Shown here piece by piece: positions 28,558-39,196 of a DNA stretch of 64,000 bases. A program made the position numbers and the translations under genes. The notes beneath the pieces were generated by a model that was not told where the DNA came from, ran no database searches, and was given only the letters and a program-made list of their open reading frames with translations. Each line of letters starts with the position of its first letter. Within the stretch, counting starts at the first letter, position 1. The stretch covers positions 2,561-66,560 of the forward strand of contig JAHFFY010000004.1 in the NCBI GenBank assembly GCA_023247705.1. The letters run 5' to 3'. This DNA is from Candidatus Omnitrophota bacterium (GTDB lineage Bacteria > Omnitrophota > Gorgyraeia > Zapsychrales > JAHFFX01).

Positions 28558-30387
28558 TTGGATAATATTTCCTCAGTCGACAAAAATGTAAAGCGATTCG
28601 ACTTTCTCTGGCAGCTGAAAATTTTGTTGATGCTTTTTCTTTTGGGAGCCATGGCCTACGCCAACGCTGTTTCCCATCCTTTTGTCCACGACGATGTTGT
28701 TTTTATCCAGAATAATCCGCAGATTGCCAAGTGGGACCACCTGGAACGGATTTTTCTTCATCCGGCCTTCCCTAATAAAGACATTCCGGTTAATCCGTAT
28801 TACCGCCCTTTCCTTGAGCTGATTTATCGGTTCGAATACGCGTTCTTTGCCTTTGATCCGCAGGGCTATCATCTGATCAATATCTTCATGCATATCATGA
28901 ATAGTCTTTTGGTTTATGTCTTGATGAATTTTTTATGGCGGCAAGTTGGCTTGGCGGTGGCGGTTGCTCTGATCTTTCTTCTTCATCCCATCCAGACCGA
29001 AGCGGTGGCTTGTGTCGCCGGTATTTCTAATCTCGTTTTTTCTTTTTTTCTCCTGACGGGCTTGATTTATTATGCGGTCTCAAGGCAGGCAGAAAAGAAA
29101 TTTGATCAGATCGTCTTGTATGGTTTTTCAGTGATCTGTTTTGTCGTCGCTTTATTGGCCAAAGAGCAGGCGGTGATCTTCTTGGGACTGATTGTTTTGT
29201 GTGAATTTTGTTTTCCTCCCTCTGATCAGAAGAAAAATTGCCGGCGGTTGAGAATTTCGGGTTTTTTTATTGTTTTACTGATGTATCTCTTGTGGCGAGC
29301 CATTGTGATGGGTCAGGCCACCACTGAAATGTTTACGCATAAAGACGAATTGATGTTGAGGGTTCTCCATATCCCGAGCGTTTTGCTGATGGAACTGAGT
29401 CTGTTGTTTTTTCCTCAGCATCTTCATTATTATCGTTCTTTTGATATCCTGCAGCCTTTTGTTTTGCCGCTGATTGTCTTTTTTCTGATCGGGGGAGGGA
29501 TTTATTTTTTATTGAAAGCGATCCCAAAGCCTCAGCAAAAGATGAGCGTTTTTGCTTTAGCCTGGTTTCTGATCGCCCTTGCGCCGACGCTGAATATCCT
29601 GCCGTTGATTAACGAATATTCGCTGATTTTAACCGCTGAACATTTTTTGTATCTACCGGTCATTGGGTGGGGGTTATTTGTTGTGACGGCCTGGAACCAT
29701 TTCGGAGGTATTTTCTTTCAAAAAAGAAAAGAGCAGATTGATGTTTTGATGATTGCAGGGATGTGTGTCCTATTTCTTGCGATGACAATCCAGCAAAACA
29801 CTTATTGGCGGGGCGAGATTCCGCTGTTTGAACGGATGGTGGCCTTTGAAAAGAATTTTGGCCGGGGGCATATCCTCCTGGCGAAAGCGTATTATTTCGA
29901 TCATCAGTTCGACCGCGCGATCAAGGAATACAAGACGGCGGAAACGATCATGAATATTTATTTTGACAAGACGAAAAATTCCGAAGCGGGCCGGGTTTAT
30001 GCCGGGTTTATAAAGGGGATCCATTTTGATCTGGCCCATTGTTATGAATCCAAAGGACAATTGCCCGACGCCGTCGCGGAATATGAACAAGCCCTGGAAC
30101 TTGATCCGCGGGATCCGGTCTTGCAGAATAATTTAGGCGCGGACTATCTTCAGTTGAACAATTTTGATCAGGCGATGATCCATTTTGTACAGGCCGTTCA
30201 ACTGAATGCGGTGGATCTGATGGCCAAAAATAATTTGGGGATCTGTTATATCCAAAAAGGGCAGTTCGCAAAGGCTAAGGAATTATTTGAAGAGATTTTA
30301 AAACAGGACGGCAATTTCGGGCCGGCCAGGCAAAATCTCGAAAAATTAAATTTGCAGTTTAACCAGAAATCTGCAATAGTTGAGTAA
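28558..30387 (+). CDS. Membrane protein with an N-terminal GT-C/PMT-like multi-pass domain and C-terminal TPR repeats.
   Basis: About 10 transmembrane helices followed by TPR-like repeats (AHCYESKGQLPDAVAEYEQALELDP and others). Confidence 0.6.
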   Translation: MDNISSVDKNVKRFDFLWQLKILLMLFLLGAMAYANAVSHPFVHDDVVFIQNNPQIAKWDHLERIFLHPAFPNKDIPVNPYYRPFLELIYRFEYAFFAFDPQGYHLINIFMHIMNSLLVYVLMNFLWRQVGLAVAVALIFLLHPIQTEAVACVAGISNLVFSFFLLTGLIYYAVSRQAEKKFDQIVLYGFSVICFVVALLAKEQAVIFLGLIVLCEFCFPPSDQKKNCRRLRISGFFIVLLMYLLWRAIVMGQATTEMFTHKDELMLRVLHIPSVLLMELSLLFFPQHLHYYRSFDILQPFVLPLIVFFLIGGGIYFLLKAIPKPQQKMSVFALAWFLIALAPTLNILPLINEYSLILTAEHFLYLPVIGWGLFVVTAWNHFGGIFFQKRKEQIDVLMIAGMCVLFLAMTIQQNTYWRGEIPLFERMVAFEKNFGRGHILLAKAYYFDHQFDRAIKEYKTAETIMNIYFDKTKNSEAGRVYAGFIKGIHFDLAHCYESKGQLPDAVAEYEQALELDPRDPVLQNNLGADYLQLNNFDQAMIHFVQAVQLNAVDLMAKNNLGICYIQKGQFAKAKELFEEILKQDGNFGPARQNLEKLNLQFNQKSAIVE

Positions 30388-30464
30388 AAAAATACGCCCA
30401 ACGGATGAGATCAAGCCTGCGGGCAGATGTGATCTCAAATTCGAAATAAAATTTAAGGAGTTTT

Positions 30465-31151
30465 ATGTCCCCGTTAACGATCGTAGGCATCATTGTCATT
30501 ATTGTCGTGCTCATCTTGATGATGGTTTTCTTTTTATTCCCGACCGACCCGAGACTGAAAAAGAAAAAACGGCAGCCTCCGGAACCAACCGAGAAGGAAA
30601 AAGAATTGGAGGGCAAGGTCGGACGTCTGGAAAAACACATCGAAACCCTTAAGCACGAAATTACGGAATTCCAAAACCGGGAGAAAGCCCAAGAGCGGGA
30701 AATTGCGGCTGAGAAAGAAAACGTCCAGAAATTCCAGGAAAAACTCGTTCAGGAGAAAAGCTGGCGTGAAAAAGAGCAAGTGGATATGGATAAACGCAAT
30801 AAAGAATCGCAACAGTTCAAACAAGACCGATTGAAATTTGAACAGACCATCGAAGAAGAGCATACGATCCGTTTGAGGATAGAAAATGAATTAAGAGAGC
30901 TCAAGCGGGAATTCGAAATTGTGAACACGGAGCGAAAATCTCTGGCCACGAAAATTATGGCCTTTGAAACAACCCTGGAACAATCTCAAAAAGAATTGAC
31001 GGAATATAAACGGGAAAACGCCAAGCTGAAAGAAAAAAATGAAGCCGTCGCCTGGATCGCGAAACCCGAATATGACAAATTAGAAGCGCTGGTGAAAGAG
31101 AAGGACAAAGAGATCGAGCGTCTCAAACGGGAGCAGCCTAAAACGGAATGA
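30465..31151 (+). CDS. Membrane-anchored coiled-coil protein.
   Basis: N-terminal transmembrane helix followed by about 190 aa of E/K-rich heptad-like sequence; AAGGAG ribosome-binding site. Confidence 0.5.
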   Translation: MSPLTIVGIIVIIVVLILMMVFFLFPTDPRLKKKKRQPPEPTEKEKELEGKVGRLEKHIETLKHEITEFQNREKAQEREIAAEKENVQKFQEKLVQEKSWREKEQVDMDKRNKESQQFKQDRLKFEQTIEEEHTIRLRIENELRELKREFEIVNTERKSLATKIMAFETTLEQSQKELTEYKRENAKLKEKNEAVAWIAKPEYDKLEALVKEKDKEIERLKREQPKTE

Positions 31152-31257
31152 AAAAATGTTTTTCTGACGTGCTCGGGAAGGCAGGAGATTTTTAGAGACT
31201 TGTTGGTTAGAGACCTCGCATGTATAATGACATCCTAAATTTATTCCAAAGGAGGCA

Positions 31258-31773
31258 GTGATGTTATCAAAAAAAATTGAAACAGCATTAAACGATCAGA
31301 TTGCCAAAGAAGCTTACGCGTCCAACTATTACTTGGCGATGGCATCATGGTGTGAAAAAAGCGGGCTAAGAGGGACGGCTTCTTTTATGTATGAACAATC
31401 AGAAGAAGAACTGGAACACATGATGAAATTGTTGCGCTATGTGAATTCTACCGGCGGACATGGTTTGGTTGCAGAAATTCCGCAACCACCCAACACCTTT
31501 AAATCCATCTCGCACGTGATCGAACTCGCGCTGGAGCATGAACTCGCGGTCACGAAATCGATCAACAAGTTGGTCGAATTATGTTTTAACGAAAAAGATT
31601 ATTCTTCTTTCAACTTTTTGCAATGGTATGTCACCGAGCAGCATGAAGAAGAGCATCTTTTCAATTCCATCCTTGATCTGATCAAAATCACCGGGACAGA
31701 CGGACGGGGCGTTTATTTTATCGATAACGAAATCGGCAAATTCCGGGAAAAGGAAGGCGCAGAAAAAAGCTGA
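31258..31773 (+). CDS. Ferritin (non-heme).
   Basis: Ferritin di-iron motifs EAYASNYYLAMASWC and EEELEHMMKLL; AAAGGAGG ribosome-binding site. Confidence 0.8.
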   Translation: MMLSKKIETALNDQIAKEAYASNYYLAMASWCEKSGLRGTASFMYEQSEEELEHMMKLLRYVNSTGGHGLVAEIPQPPNTFKSISHVIELALEHELAVTKSINKLVELCFNEKDYSSFNFLQWYVTEQHEEEHLFNSILDLIKITGTDGRGVYFIDNEIGKFREKEGAEKS

Positions 31774-32312
31774 TGAATTTGATCATTGATCCTAATCCCA
31801 AGGACGACCAATATTCCCTCAACGGCGCGCTGGCGCAATATCTCGCCGGCTGTCTAGGCGGGCCGACCAAAGTCATCCGGATTTACGAAGGAGAACAGAG
31901 GTATTTTTATTATGAATATAATCAGGAATGGATTGATCTGATTCTTGAATCCAAACGATTGATCTTTCCCGTTCCCATGTGGAATTTTTCGATCCCAGCG
32001 GCGCTCAAGGATTTTCTGGATAAAACGACCCAGCGCGGCAAACTCTGGGATTTTGATGAAAGCAGGAATTACAAGGGGTTGTTAACGGATAAATCCGCTT
32101 TTATCATTATGACCAGCGGAGATAATCATGCCGATGATTCTGGTCAGGATTTCGTGGTCCCCTATCTGAAGACGATCTTATCTTTTTATGGTGTTCCCGA
32201 TATCCGATACTTTCGTCTCGGAGGTGTAAAAAATAAGAATTTGATCGCGGATAAAAAATTTATGACCGAAAGCTGCGAACAGATGCTGACAGCCTTCAAT
32301 ATCCGGCCGTGA
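31773..32312 (+). CDS. Flavodoxin-fold NAD(P)H-dependent oxidoreductase (AzoR-like).
   Basis: FPVPMWNFSIPAALKDFLD motif; about 179 aa. Confidence 0.6.
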   Translation: MNLIIDPNPKDDQYSLNGALAQYLAGCLGGPTKVIRIYEGEQRYFYYEYNQEWIDLILESKRLIFPVPMWNFSIPAALKDFLDKTTQRGKLWDFDESRNYKGLLTDKSAFIIMTSGDNHADDSGQDFVVPYLKTILSFYGVPDIRYFRLGGVKNKNLIADKKFMTESCEQMLTAFNIRP

Positions 32313-32376
32313 AAGAATAGAGTGCCGGGTGTATTCCTATTTACTTCAAGAGAAAATATCCCCAATTTAATTTCAT

Positions 32377-33564
32377 ATGTTTTATCCCTTTTCCCATCGG
32401 ACCAATTGGCCGCTTCAACCTAATCAGCTCATCGCAGCGTTAGAATCGTTTCGGGAAAAAGGTGTCGATGTTATTGATTTAACCGAGTCCAATCCAACGC
32501 GCTGTCAGTTCCTTTATCCGGACGGCCCAATTTTATCTTCTCTTTTGGATTCGCGTAATATTGTGTACGATCCTCTGGCCCAAGGATCTTGGGACGCACG
32601 GAAGGCTGTTTGTGAATATTATCAAGCGCGAGGGACCATTGTTGAACCGCAGCGAATCATCCTGACCTGTTCGACGAGCGAAGCGTATTCTTTTCTGTTC
32701 CGTCTTTTGGTTAACCCCGGGGAACACATTGCCGTTGGACAGCCTAGTTATCCGTTATTTCAGTATTTGATTGAGTTGAATGATGCCATAGTGGATTATT
32801 ATTCCATCGTTTATAAAAAAAAACGCTGGACCATTGATTTAGATTCGCTGGAACAGATCGTTCATGCCAACACCCGGGCGATCATCCTGGTCAATCCGAA
32901 CAATCCCACGGGATCATTTTTGACTGTTCAAGAATTAGCAAAGCTGAATGATCTTTGTCAAAAATATAAGATCGCTTTGATCAGCGACGAAGTGTTTGCG
33001 GATTATGCGTTTGGTCCGAGAGCGGATCGCGTCAACAGTTTGATCAATAATCAAGGCCCGTTGTCTTTTTCGCTCGGGGGAATTTCAAAAGCGCTCGGGC
33101 TTCCGCAGATGAAACTCTCCTGGATTGTCCTGAATGGTGAGCAAGATGTCATGAAGGAGGCATTAAAACGTTTGGAAATCATCGCCGATACCTATCTGTC
33201 CGTGAATACCCCTTCTCAAAACGCCCTGAAAGACTGGCTGTCATTGGCCCCGCATATTCAGAACATGATCCGGGAACGGGTGATGACGAATTGGAATGTT
33301 TTAAAACAGTCCGTTGCTGCGTTCGGTTTATGCGAAATTTTTGACTGTGAGGGCGGGTGGTATGCAATTTTGAAACTGCCGTCTGCTCATAACGAAGAGG
33401 AATGGGTGATGAACTTGCTGGCCAAAGATCATGTTCTTGTCTATCCGGGATATTTTTTTGATTTCAAAGAAGAGCCCTATATTGTTTTAAGTCTTTTGCC
33501 GGAGACCAAGCGATTTCAAAACGGATTGACAAAGATTTTTAAGAGGATCAAAGCCAATTCATAA
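32377..33564 (+). CDS. PLP-dependent aminotransferase, class I/II.
   Basis: SFSLGGISKALGLPQMKLSW Schiff-base lysine region; 395 aa. Confidence 0.7.
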   Translation: MFYPFSHRTNWPLQPNQLIAALESFREKGVDVIDLTESNPTRCQFLYPDGPILSSLLDSRNIVYDPLAQGSWDARKAVCEYYQARGTIVEPQRIILTCSTSEAYSFLFRLLVNPGEHIAVGQPSYPLFQYLIELNDAIVDYYSIVYKKKRWTIDLDSLEQIVHANTRAIILVNPNNPTGSFLTVQELAKLNDLCQKYKIALISDEVFADYAFGPRADRVNSLINNQGPLSFSLGGISKALGLPQMKLSWIVLNGEQDVMKEALKRLEIIADTYLSVNTPSQNALKDWLSLAPHIQNMIRERVMTNWNVLKQSVAAFGLCEIFDCEGGWYAILKLPSAHNEEEWVMNLLAKDHVLVYPGYFFDFKEEPYIVLSLLPETKRFQNGLTKIFKRIKANS

Positions 33565-33598
33565 ATTTTAATATTTTCGTGGAAAGGGGTATCGTCAA

Positions 33599-34120
33599 TT
33601 GAAACAGAGGCGCGACAGATGTATTTTAATGTTTGTTGATAACATCTATGAAGAGATGGAACTTTGGTATCCGAAATACCGTCTCATGGAGGCGGGTTTT
33701 CAAGTGGTGGTCGCTGGTTGCGAAGCGGGAAAAGTTTATCTTGGAAAACATGGCTATCCGTGTCGTGCTGATGCCGATTTTTTCGGTATAAAGGCGCAGG
33801 AGTTCGACGGCCTGGTTATTCCCGGAGGGTTTGCGCCGGATCAATTGAGAAGAAATTCGCGTGTCCTTGAACTCACACGGCAGATCCATCAAGCGAAGAA
33901 ATTGGTGGCGCATATCTGTCATGCCGGATGGATTCCTATTTCGGCGGGAATTATGAAAGGGTTTACCTGCACATCCACCCCCGGGATTAAAGATGATTTG
34001 ATTAACGCGGGCGCGGTGTGGAAGGATGAGCCTGTTGTGATCGACCGTCACATGGTATCAAGCCGCCGCCCGGATGATTTGCCGCAATTTTGTCAGGGGA
34101 TTTTGAAAGTTTTGGGATAA
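33599..34120 (+). CDS. DJ-1/PfpI family protein.
   Basis: AHICHAGWI nucleophile cysteine and VIPGGFAPD motif. TTG start in the ORF track; an alternative ATG lies at 33629. Confidence 0.7.
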   Translation: MKQRRDRCILMFVDNIYEEMELWYPKYRLMEAGFQVVVAGCEAGKVYLGKHGYPCRADADFFGIKAQEFDGLVIPGGFAPDQLRRNSRVLELTRQIHQAKKLVAHICHAGWIPISAGIMKGFTCTSTPGIKDDLINAGAVWKDEPVVIDRHMVSSRRPDDLPQFCQGILKVLG

Positions 34121-34166
34121 TACGAACTTATTTTTTATTGCGAAAGTTAAGCTGTGGTTCTTGTGT

Positions 34167-34193
34167 TTAGCATTCTCCGGTTGAGAGTGCTAA
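34167..34193 (+). promoter_or_regulatory. CIRCE operator (HrcA binding site), copy 1.
   Basis: TTAGCATTC-N9-GAGTGCTAA against the consensus TTAGCACTC-N9-GAGTGCTAA. Confidence 0.8.
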
Positions 34194-34214
34194 GTTTTAG
34201 AAAATTTTAAATAT

Positions 34215-34241
34215 TGACAAAAAAAAACTTTTTAGTATAAT
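34215..34241 (+). promoter_or_regulatory. Putative sigma70 promoter of the hrcA operon.
   Basis: TTGACA at 34215-34220 and TATAAT at 34236-34241, placed between the two CIRCE copies. The spacer is about 15 nt. Confidence 0.45.
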
Positions 34242-34252
34242 TTTTTATCAAA

Positions 34253-34279
34253 TTAGCATTCAGTCAGTATGAGTGCTAA
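34253..34279 (+). promoter_or_regulatory. CIRCE operator, copy 2.
   Basis: TTAGCATTC-AGTCAGTAT-GAGTGCTAA, lying downstream of the -10 element. Confidence 0.8.
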
Positions 34280-34333
34280 TTTGTTAGAAGTGTTTGGAAG
34301 ATAAACAAATAAACCCTTCGTCAAGGAAAAGAT

Positions 34334-35068
34334 ATGACACGTAAACCTGATTATCGAGAAAGAAGAGATACGGTTTTAGGGATCGTGGTGGATCAGTATA
34401 TCCGCACGATCACACCGATCAGTTCAGGATTTATCGCCCAAGAGTATCGCTTGGATCTTAGTCCCGCGACCATTCGGAATATCATGGCTGAATTGGAAGA
34501 ACAGGGCTATTTGACTCATCCGCATACCTCCGCGGGACGTGTCCCGACACCCCAGGGTTACCGTTACTATGTAGATCATCTGATGCATGAAATTCAATTA
34601 TTAGAGGAAGAGAAAGAACGTATCAAATCCGAGTATTACGAAAATGTTATGGAGCTGGAAGATCTCCTTTCTAAAACCTCAGAGGTTATTTCTGATCTGA
34701 CGCACTATACCACTATTATTTCAATTGATGGTTTTCCTCATAAAATATTTTGCCGAGGGACAAGCTTCGTGGTGGAACATCCCGAATTTCAGGACCTCGC
34801 GAAAATAAAGAATGTCTTGCAGGCCTTGGAGCAAAAAGAGAAAATTTTAGAAGTGATTAATCGGGATCTTCAAAAGAAAATCGAAATTTACATCGGACAT
34901 GAGACCGCGTGCTCTCCTATCGTCGGTTGTTCGTTGGCCGTTGCCAAGTATCAAAAAGAAAATGGGCCCAGCGGCCGTCTAGCTGTCTTAGGTCCGACCC
35001 GGATGGATTATGAAAAAGTTGTTTCAACGTTGGATTATATCTCTGAGTTGATGAATGAATTATTGTAA
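34334..35068 (+). CDS. hrcA: Heat-inducible transcription repressor HrcA (short form).
   Basis: ATIRNIMAELEEQGYLTHPHTSAGRVPTPQGYRYYVD; located upstream of grpE-dnaK-dnaJ. Confidence 0.85.
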   Translation: MTRKPDYRERRDTVLGIVVDQYIRTITPISSGFIAQEYRLDLSPATIRNIMAELEEQGYLTHPHTSAGRVPTPQGYRYYVDHLMHEIQLLEEEKERIKSEYYENVMELEDLLSKTSEVISDLTHYTTIISIDGFPHKIFCRGTSFVVEHPEFQDLAKIKNVLQALEQKEKILEVINRDLQKKIEIYIGHETACSPIVGCSLAVAKYQKENGPSGRLAVLGPTRMDYEKVVSTLDYISELMNELL

Positions 35069-35130
35069 GTGATTTCGTTTTGAAGAAATTATTATGCTGA
35101 GATGTTTAGTACAAGAACCAGGGGAAGTCG

Positions 35131-35778
35131 ATGAATCCTCAAGAGAAAAAAGAAAAACCGCATGACCATTTCAATGCCGAGGGGCCCGATCATGCGCCTG
35201 AAGAAGGTTTGACGGTGGAAGATAAGAAACATCACTCTGGAGAGGAAGAAAAGCATCCCGACAAGAAAAACCATCAAAATCATCCGAAGGACAAAATGAT
35301 TCAGGTCAAAGAGTCCGAGCATCTTAAGCTGATCGAAGAGGTCGCTGCCTATAAAGATAAATATATGCGGATTTTCGCGGAATTCGATAATGCCCGCAAG
35401 CGCATGGATCGGGAAAAAATGGAATTTGTCAAATACGCCAACGAGGAATTGATCAGTGAATTCTTAGGGATTCTCGATGATTTGGAACGGTCGGTCGTGG
35501 CCGCGAAGGCCAATCATCAGGATTATTCGGCTTTTTTGAAAGGGATTGAGTTGGTGATGGCGCATGTCTATGAGTTGCTTAAGAAACATCAGGTCAAACC
35601 GATTGAGGCCACCGGAAAACTGTTTGATCCCCATTGTCACGAAGCTTTGATGCAGGAAGCCACCGACGAAAAACCGGAAGGAACTGTTTTGGAAGAATTT
35701 CAAAAGGGATATATGTTAGGCGACCGGGTGGTGCGCACCACGAAAGTCAAAGTGGCCAAGCCCAAGACAGAAGGTTGA
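35131..35778 (+). CDS. grpE: Nucleotide exchange factor GrpE with a His-rich N-terminal extension.
   Basis: FDNARKRMDREK motif and C-terminal GrpE fold sequence. The N-terminal roughly 65 aa are rich in H, E and K. Confidence 0.85.
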   Translation: MNPQEKKEKPHDHFNAEGPDHAPEEGLTVEDKKHHSGEEEKHPDKKNHQNHPKDKMIQVKESEHLKLIEEVAAYKDKYMRIFAEFDNARKRMDREKMEFVKYANEELISEFLGILDDLERSVVAAKANHQDYSAFLKGIELVMAHVYELLKKHQVKPIEATGKLFDPHCHEALMQEATDEKPEGTVLEEFQKGYMLGDRVVRTTKVKVAKPKTEG

Positions 35779-35862
35779 TTTTTTACCAGGATTTTTGAGG
35801 AGTATTCATTACGCAAAAATAATAAAAGTTAATATAAAGATAGTGGTGAGGAGGGTAATGAT

Positions 35863-37785
35863 ATGGCAAAAGTTATTGGAATTGATTTAGGGACGTCAAA
35901 CTCCGCCGCGGCGGTGATGGAAGGGGGTCGTCCGACGATTATCCCATCCGCGGAAGGGGCCGGGGTCGCTTCAGGAAAAGCGTTCCCGTCCTTCGTCGCA
36001 TTTACAAAAGACGGACAACGTCTCGTGGGTGAACCCGCACGCCGACAAGCGGCCATTAATTCGGAAGGAACGATCTACGCCGCGAAACGCAAAATGGGAA
36101 CCGACCATAAGTTCAAGGTTTTTGGAAAAGAATACACACCGCAGCAAGTCGGGGCGTTTATCCTGCAAAAAATCAAAGCGGACGCCGAAAAATATCTCGG
36201 CGATAAAGTCGAAGAAGTGGTGATCACAGTCCCCGCTTATTTTAATGATAACCAGCGTCAGGCGACCAAAGATGCCGGAGAAATCGCCGGTCTTAAAGTT
36301 CTGCGCATCATCAACGAACCGACGGCAGCCTGCCTCGCGTATGGTTTGGACAAGGCCGGCAAAGAGCAGAAGATCATGGTCTTCGATCTCGGCGGCGGTA
36401 CACTCGATGTCACAATCCTCGAGATGGGATGGGACGACGCGCACAAGGCGGCGACCTTTGAGGTTTTGTCGACGAGCGGTGATACTCAACTGGGCGGAAC
36501 CGATATGGACAATAATCTCATTGATCATATTATCAATGAATTCAAGAAAGATTCCGGGATTGATTTAAAGAACGACAAGATGGCTTTTCAACGTTTGAGA
36601 GAAGCTGCGGAGAAAGCCAAAGTCGAATTGTCCAGTACGGTTTCAACCGATATCAATCTTCCTTTTATTACCGCTGATGCCAACGGTCCGAAACATTTGA
36701 CGTTGACCATTGATCGCGCAAAGTTGGAAGATCTGGTTGCCCCGATTGTTGCGCGTTGTCGCGGACCGGTGGCCCAGGCCGTTAAAGATGCTTCGACCAA
36801 ATTAGGTGAAAATATTAAGGTCGATAAAGTCATTCTCGTTGGCGGTCCGACCCGGATGCCGATTATCCAGAAATTTGTTGAAGACGAATTAGGACAAAAG
36901 ATCGAGCGTGGAATCGACCCGATGGAATGCGTTGCTTTAGGCGCTGCGGTTCAGGCGTCGATTATCAAGGGAGAGGCAAAAGAGGTTCTGTTGCTCGATG
37001 TGACTCCACTTTCTTTAGGGATTGAAGTTCTCGGTGGTGTTTTCAATAAGCTCATTGAAAGAAACACAACGATCCCGACCAAAAAAAGCCAAATCTATTC
37101 TACCGCCGAAGACAATCAGCCCGCGGTCACGATCCGTGTTCTGCAGGGCGAGCGGCAGATGGCCAACGACAATACCGAATTGGGACGGTTTGATTTGCAG
37201 GGCATTCCGCCAGCCCCGCGCGGTGTTCCGCAAATCGAAGTAACGTTTGACATCGATGCCGACGGGATCGTTCATGTCTCTGCCAAGGATAAAGGGACCG
37301 GTAAAGAACAGTCGATCAAGATCACGGCCCCGAAGAAATTGTCGGATGAAGAGATTCAAAAGATGGTCAAGGAAGCCGAAAAGTTTGCCGAGGAAGATAA
37401 GAGGAAGAAAGAAGAAGTGGAACTGCTCAACCAGGCCAACAGCTTGGTTTACTCCACGGAGAAATCTCTCAAAGAATACGGGGATAAAGTCTCTGCAAGC
37501 GAAAAAAGCAATATTGAAAAAGAATTAACCGCGCTGAAAGAGGCCATCAAATCCAAAGATACCAACAAAATGAAACAGGGAATGGAGTCGCTGCAGACCG
37601 CTACGCATAAATTGGCGGAAGCGGTTTACAAATCCGCTGCCGCTCAGCAATCCCATGGCGCCGGAAAGGCCGCGGGTTCCGAAGGCCAGCCGTCCTCCCA
37701 GGAAGATTCACCCCGTCAAGAACAGCCGGGGGCGGGCGGGAAAGACGATATCATCGATGCGGATTTTAAGGCGAAGAATGAGTAA
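35863..37785 (+). CDS. dnaK: Molecular chaperone DnaK (Hsp70).
   Basis: [18 protein letters not shown] and the [10 protein letters not shown]-terminal lid. Confidence 0.95.
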   Translation: MAKVIGIDLGTSNSAAAVMEGGRPTIIPSAEGAGVASGKAFPSFVAFTKDGQRLVGEPARRQAAINSEGTIYAAKRKMGTDHKFKVFGKEYTPQQVGAFILQKIKADAEKYLGDKVEEVVITVPAYFNDNQRQATKDAGEIAGLKVLRIINEPTAACLAYGLDKAGKEQKIMVFDLGGGTLDVTILEMGWDDAHKAATFEVLSTSGDTQLGGTDMDNNLIDHIINEFKKDSGIDLKNDKMAFQRLREAAEKAKVELSSTVSTDINLPFITADANGPKHLTLTIDRAKLEDLVAPIVARCRGPVAQAVKDASTKLGENIKVDKVILVGGPTRMPIIQKFVEDELGQKIERGIDPMECVALGAAVQASIIKGEAKEVLLLDVTPLSLGIEVLGGVFNKLIERNTTIPTKKSQIYSTAEDNQPAVTIRVLQGERQMANDNTELGRFDLQGIPPAPRGVPQIEVTFDIDADGIVHVSAKDKGTGKEQSIKITAPKKLSDEEIQKMVKEAEKFAEEDKRKKEEVELLNQANSLVYSTEKSLKEYGDKVSASEKSNIEKELTALKEAIKSKDTNKMKQGMESLQTATHKLAEAVYKSAAAQQSHGAGKAAGSEGQPSSQEDSPRQEQPGAGGKDDIIDADFKAKNE

Positions 37786-37800
37786 AGGAATGGTGCTTCG

Positions 37801-37995
37801 ATGTCTAAGTGGGAGAAATTAGTTATTTTTTGTCTTGTGGTCGGAATAGGATGTCATGTTCTTCTTTCTAATGAGAAATCTTTCTATAAAGAACAAGATA
37901 ATCATATAGAACAAAATCCGATAACTTATTTTCAACCGATAGAATTTTTTTCAGCAGGGACGTCTGGTCCAGGAGTGATCAGGTTTAAAACATGA
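37801..37995 (+). CDS. Small hypothetical membrane peptide between dnaK and dnaJ.
   Basis: 64 aa with a hydrophobic N-terminus; ATGA overlap with dnaJ. Possibly spurious. Confidence 0.25.
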   Translation: MSKWEKLVIFCLVVGIGCHVLLSNEKSFYKEQDNHIEQNPITYFQPIEFFSAGTSGPGVIRFKT

Positions 37996-39137
37996 AAAAA
38001 GATTATTACGAAATCCTGGGTCTTTCCAAGACCGCCACCTTACAGGATATTAAGAAAGCCTATCGGTCGTTAGCGCTGTCGCATCATCCTGACCGGGTGC
38101 CGGAAGACAAAAAAAAAGAGGCGGAAGAGAAATTTAAAGAGATCTCGGAGGCCTACGGTGTTTTGTCCGACCCACAAAAACGGTCGATGTATGACCAGTA
38201 CGGTCACGCGGGGATTGATCAGAGATATTCTACGGAAGATATCTTCAAAGGCGCTGACTTCAGCAGTGTCTTTGAAGGCGCCGGGTTAGGTGATATTTTT
38301 GGAAAAATTTTCGGTGATGCCGGATTTGATGTTTTTGGCGAAACCAGCGGGTCCAGATCTAAACGCGCACGCCGCGGCCGGGATATTCAATATGAAGTGG
38401 AGTTGTCTCTGGAAGACGCTTTTATGGGTATAAAAAAATCGATCAAGGTTCCGCGTAACGAATATTGTTCCAATTGCGAAGGCAGCGGGGCCAGCCCGGG
38501 CAGCAAACCAAAAATTTGTCCGACCTGTAAAGGACAAGGACAAGTGGTCATGGCGAGCGGATTTTTTAGAATGGCCCAAACCTGTTCGGCCTGCGGGGGC
38601 GAGGGAAAGATCATCACGGAATTTTGCCCGCAGTGTCATGGCAAGGGTATGGTCCGGGTGACGCGCAATATCGAGGTTAATTTTCCACCGGGAATCGATA
38701 ATGATTCCCAACTTAGAGTCCGGGGAGAAGGAGAGGTCGGAAGTACGAGCCGGGGAGATCTCTATATCTTTGTGCGGGTCCAGCCACATGACATCTTTCA
38801 GCGCAGCGGCAATGACCTGCAGATGCAGTTGAACATTAATTTTGTCAAGGCGGCGTTAGGCGCTGAGGTCAATGTTCCAACCCTCAATGGCGTTGTCTCT
38901 ATGAAAATTCCGGCCGGAACCCAAAGCGGTAAAATTTTCCGTCTTAGGAATAAAGGCATGCCGGATTTGCACGGAGGTTCTCCGGGAGATCAATATGTAC
39001 GGGTGATGATCCAGGTTCCCACGCGGATTTCACCGGAGCAGAAGAAATTATTGGAAGAGTTCGCGCGAATCAGTGGAGAGAAAGTTGAAGAACCCTCGGA
39101 TTCCTTTGGAGACAAGATTAAGAAAGTATTTAAATAA
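37992..39137 (+). CDS. dnaJ: Molecular chaperone DnaJ.
   Basis: J-domain HPD motif, a G/F-rich region and four CxxCxGxG zinc-finger repeats. Confidence 0.95.
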   Translation: MKKDYYEILGLSKTATLQDIKKAYRSLALSHHPDRVPEDKKKEAEEKFKEISEAYGVLSDPQKRSMYDQYGHAGIDQRYSTEDIFKGADFSSVFEGAGLGDIFGKIFGDAGFDVFGETSGSRSKRARRGRDIQYEVELSLEDAFMGIKKSIKVPRNEYCSNCEGSGASPGSKPKICPTCKGQGQVVMASGFFRMAQTCSACGGEGKIITEFCPQCHGKGMVRVTRNIEVNFPPGIDNDSQLRVRGEGEVGSTSRGDLYIFVRVQPHDIFQRSGNDLQMQLNINFVKAALGAEVNVPTLNGVVSMKIPAGTQSGKIFRLRNKGMPDLHGGSPGDQYVRVMIQVPTRISPEQKKLLEEFARISGEKVEEPSDSFGDKIKKVFK

Positions 39138-39196
39138 CTATAAGTTGCCAGGTTATTGATACAGAATAAATTTGTTTTTTAGTAAAGGAGACTATT

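Noticed and set aside
37801-37995. A small ORF between dnaK and dnaJ, considered as a real gene.
   Set aside because: It is AT-rich and short with no motif. I kept it only as a low-confidence feature, because the 206-nt dnaK-dnaJ spacer is common and usually non-coding.
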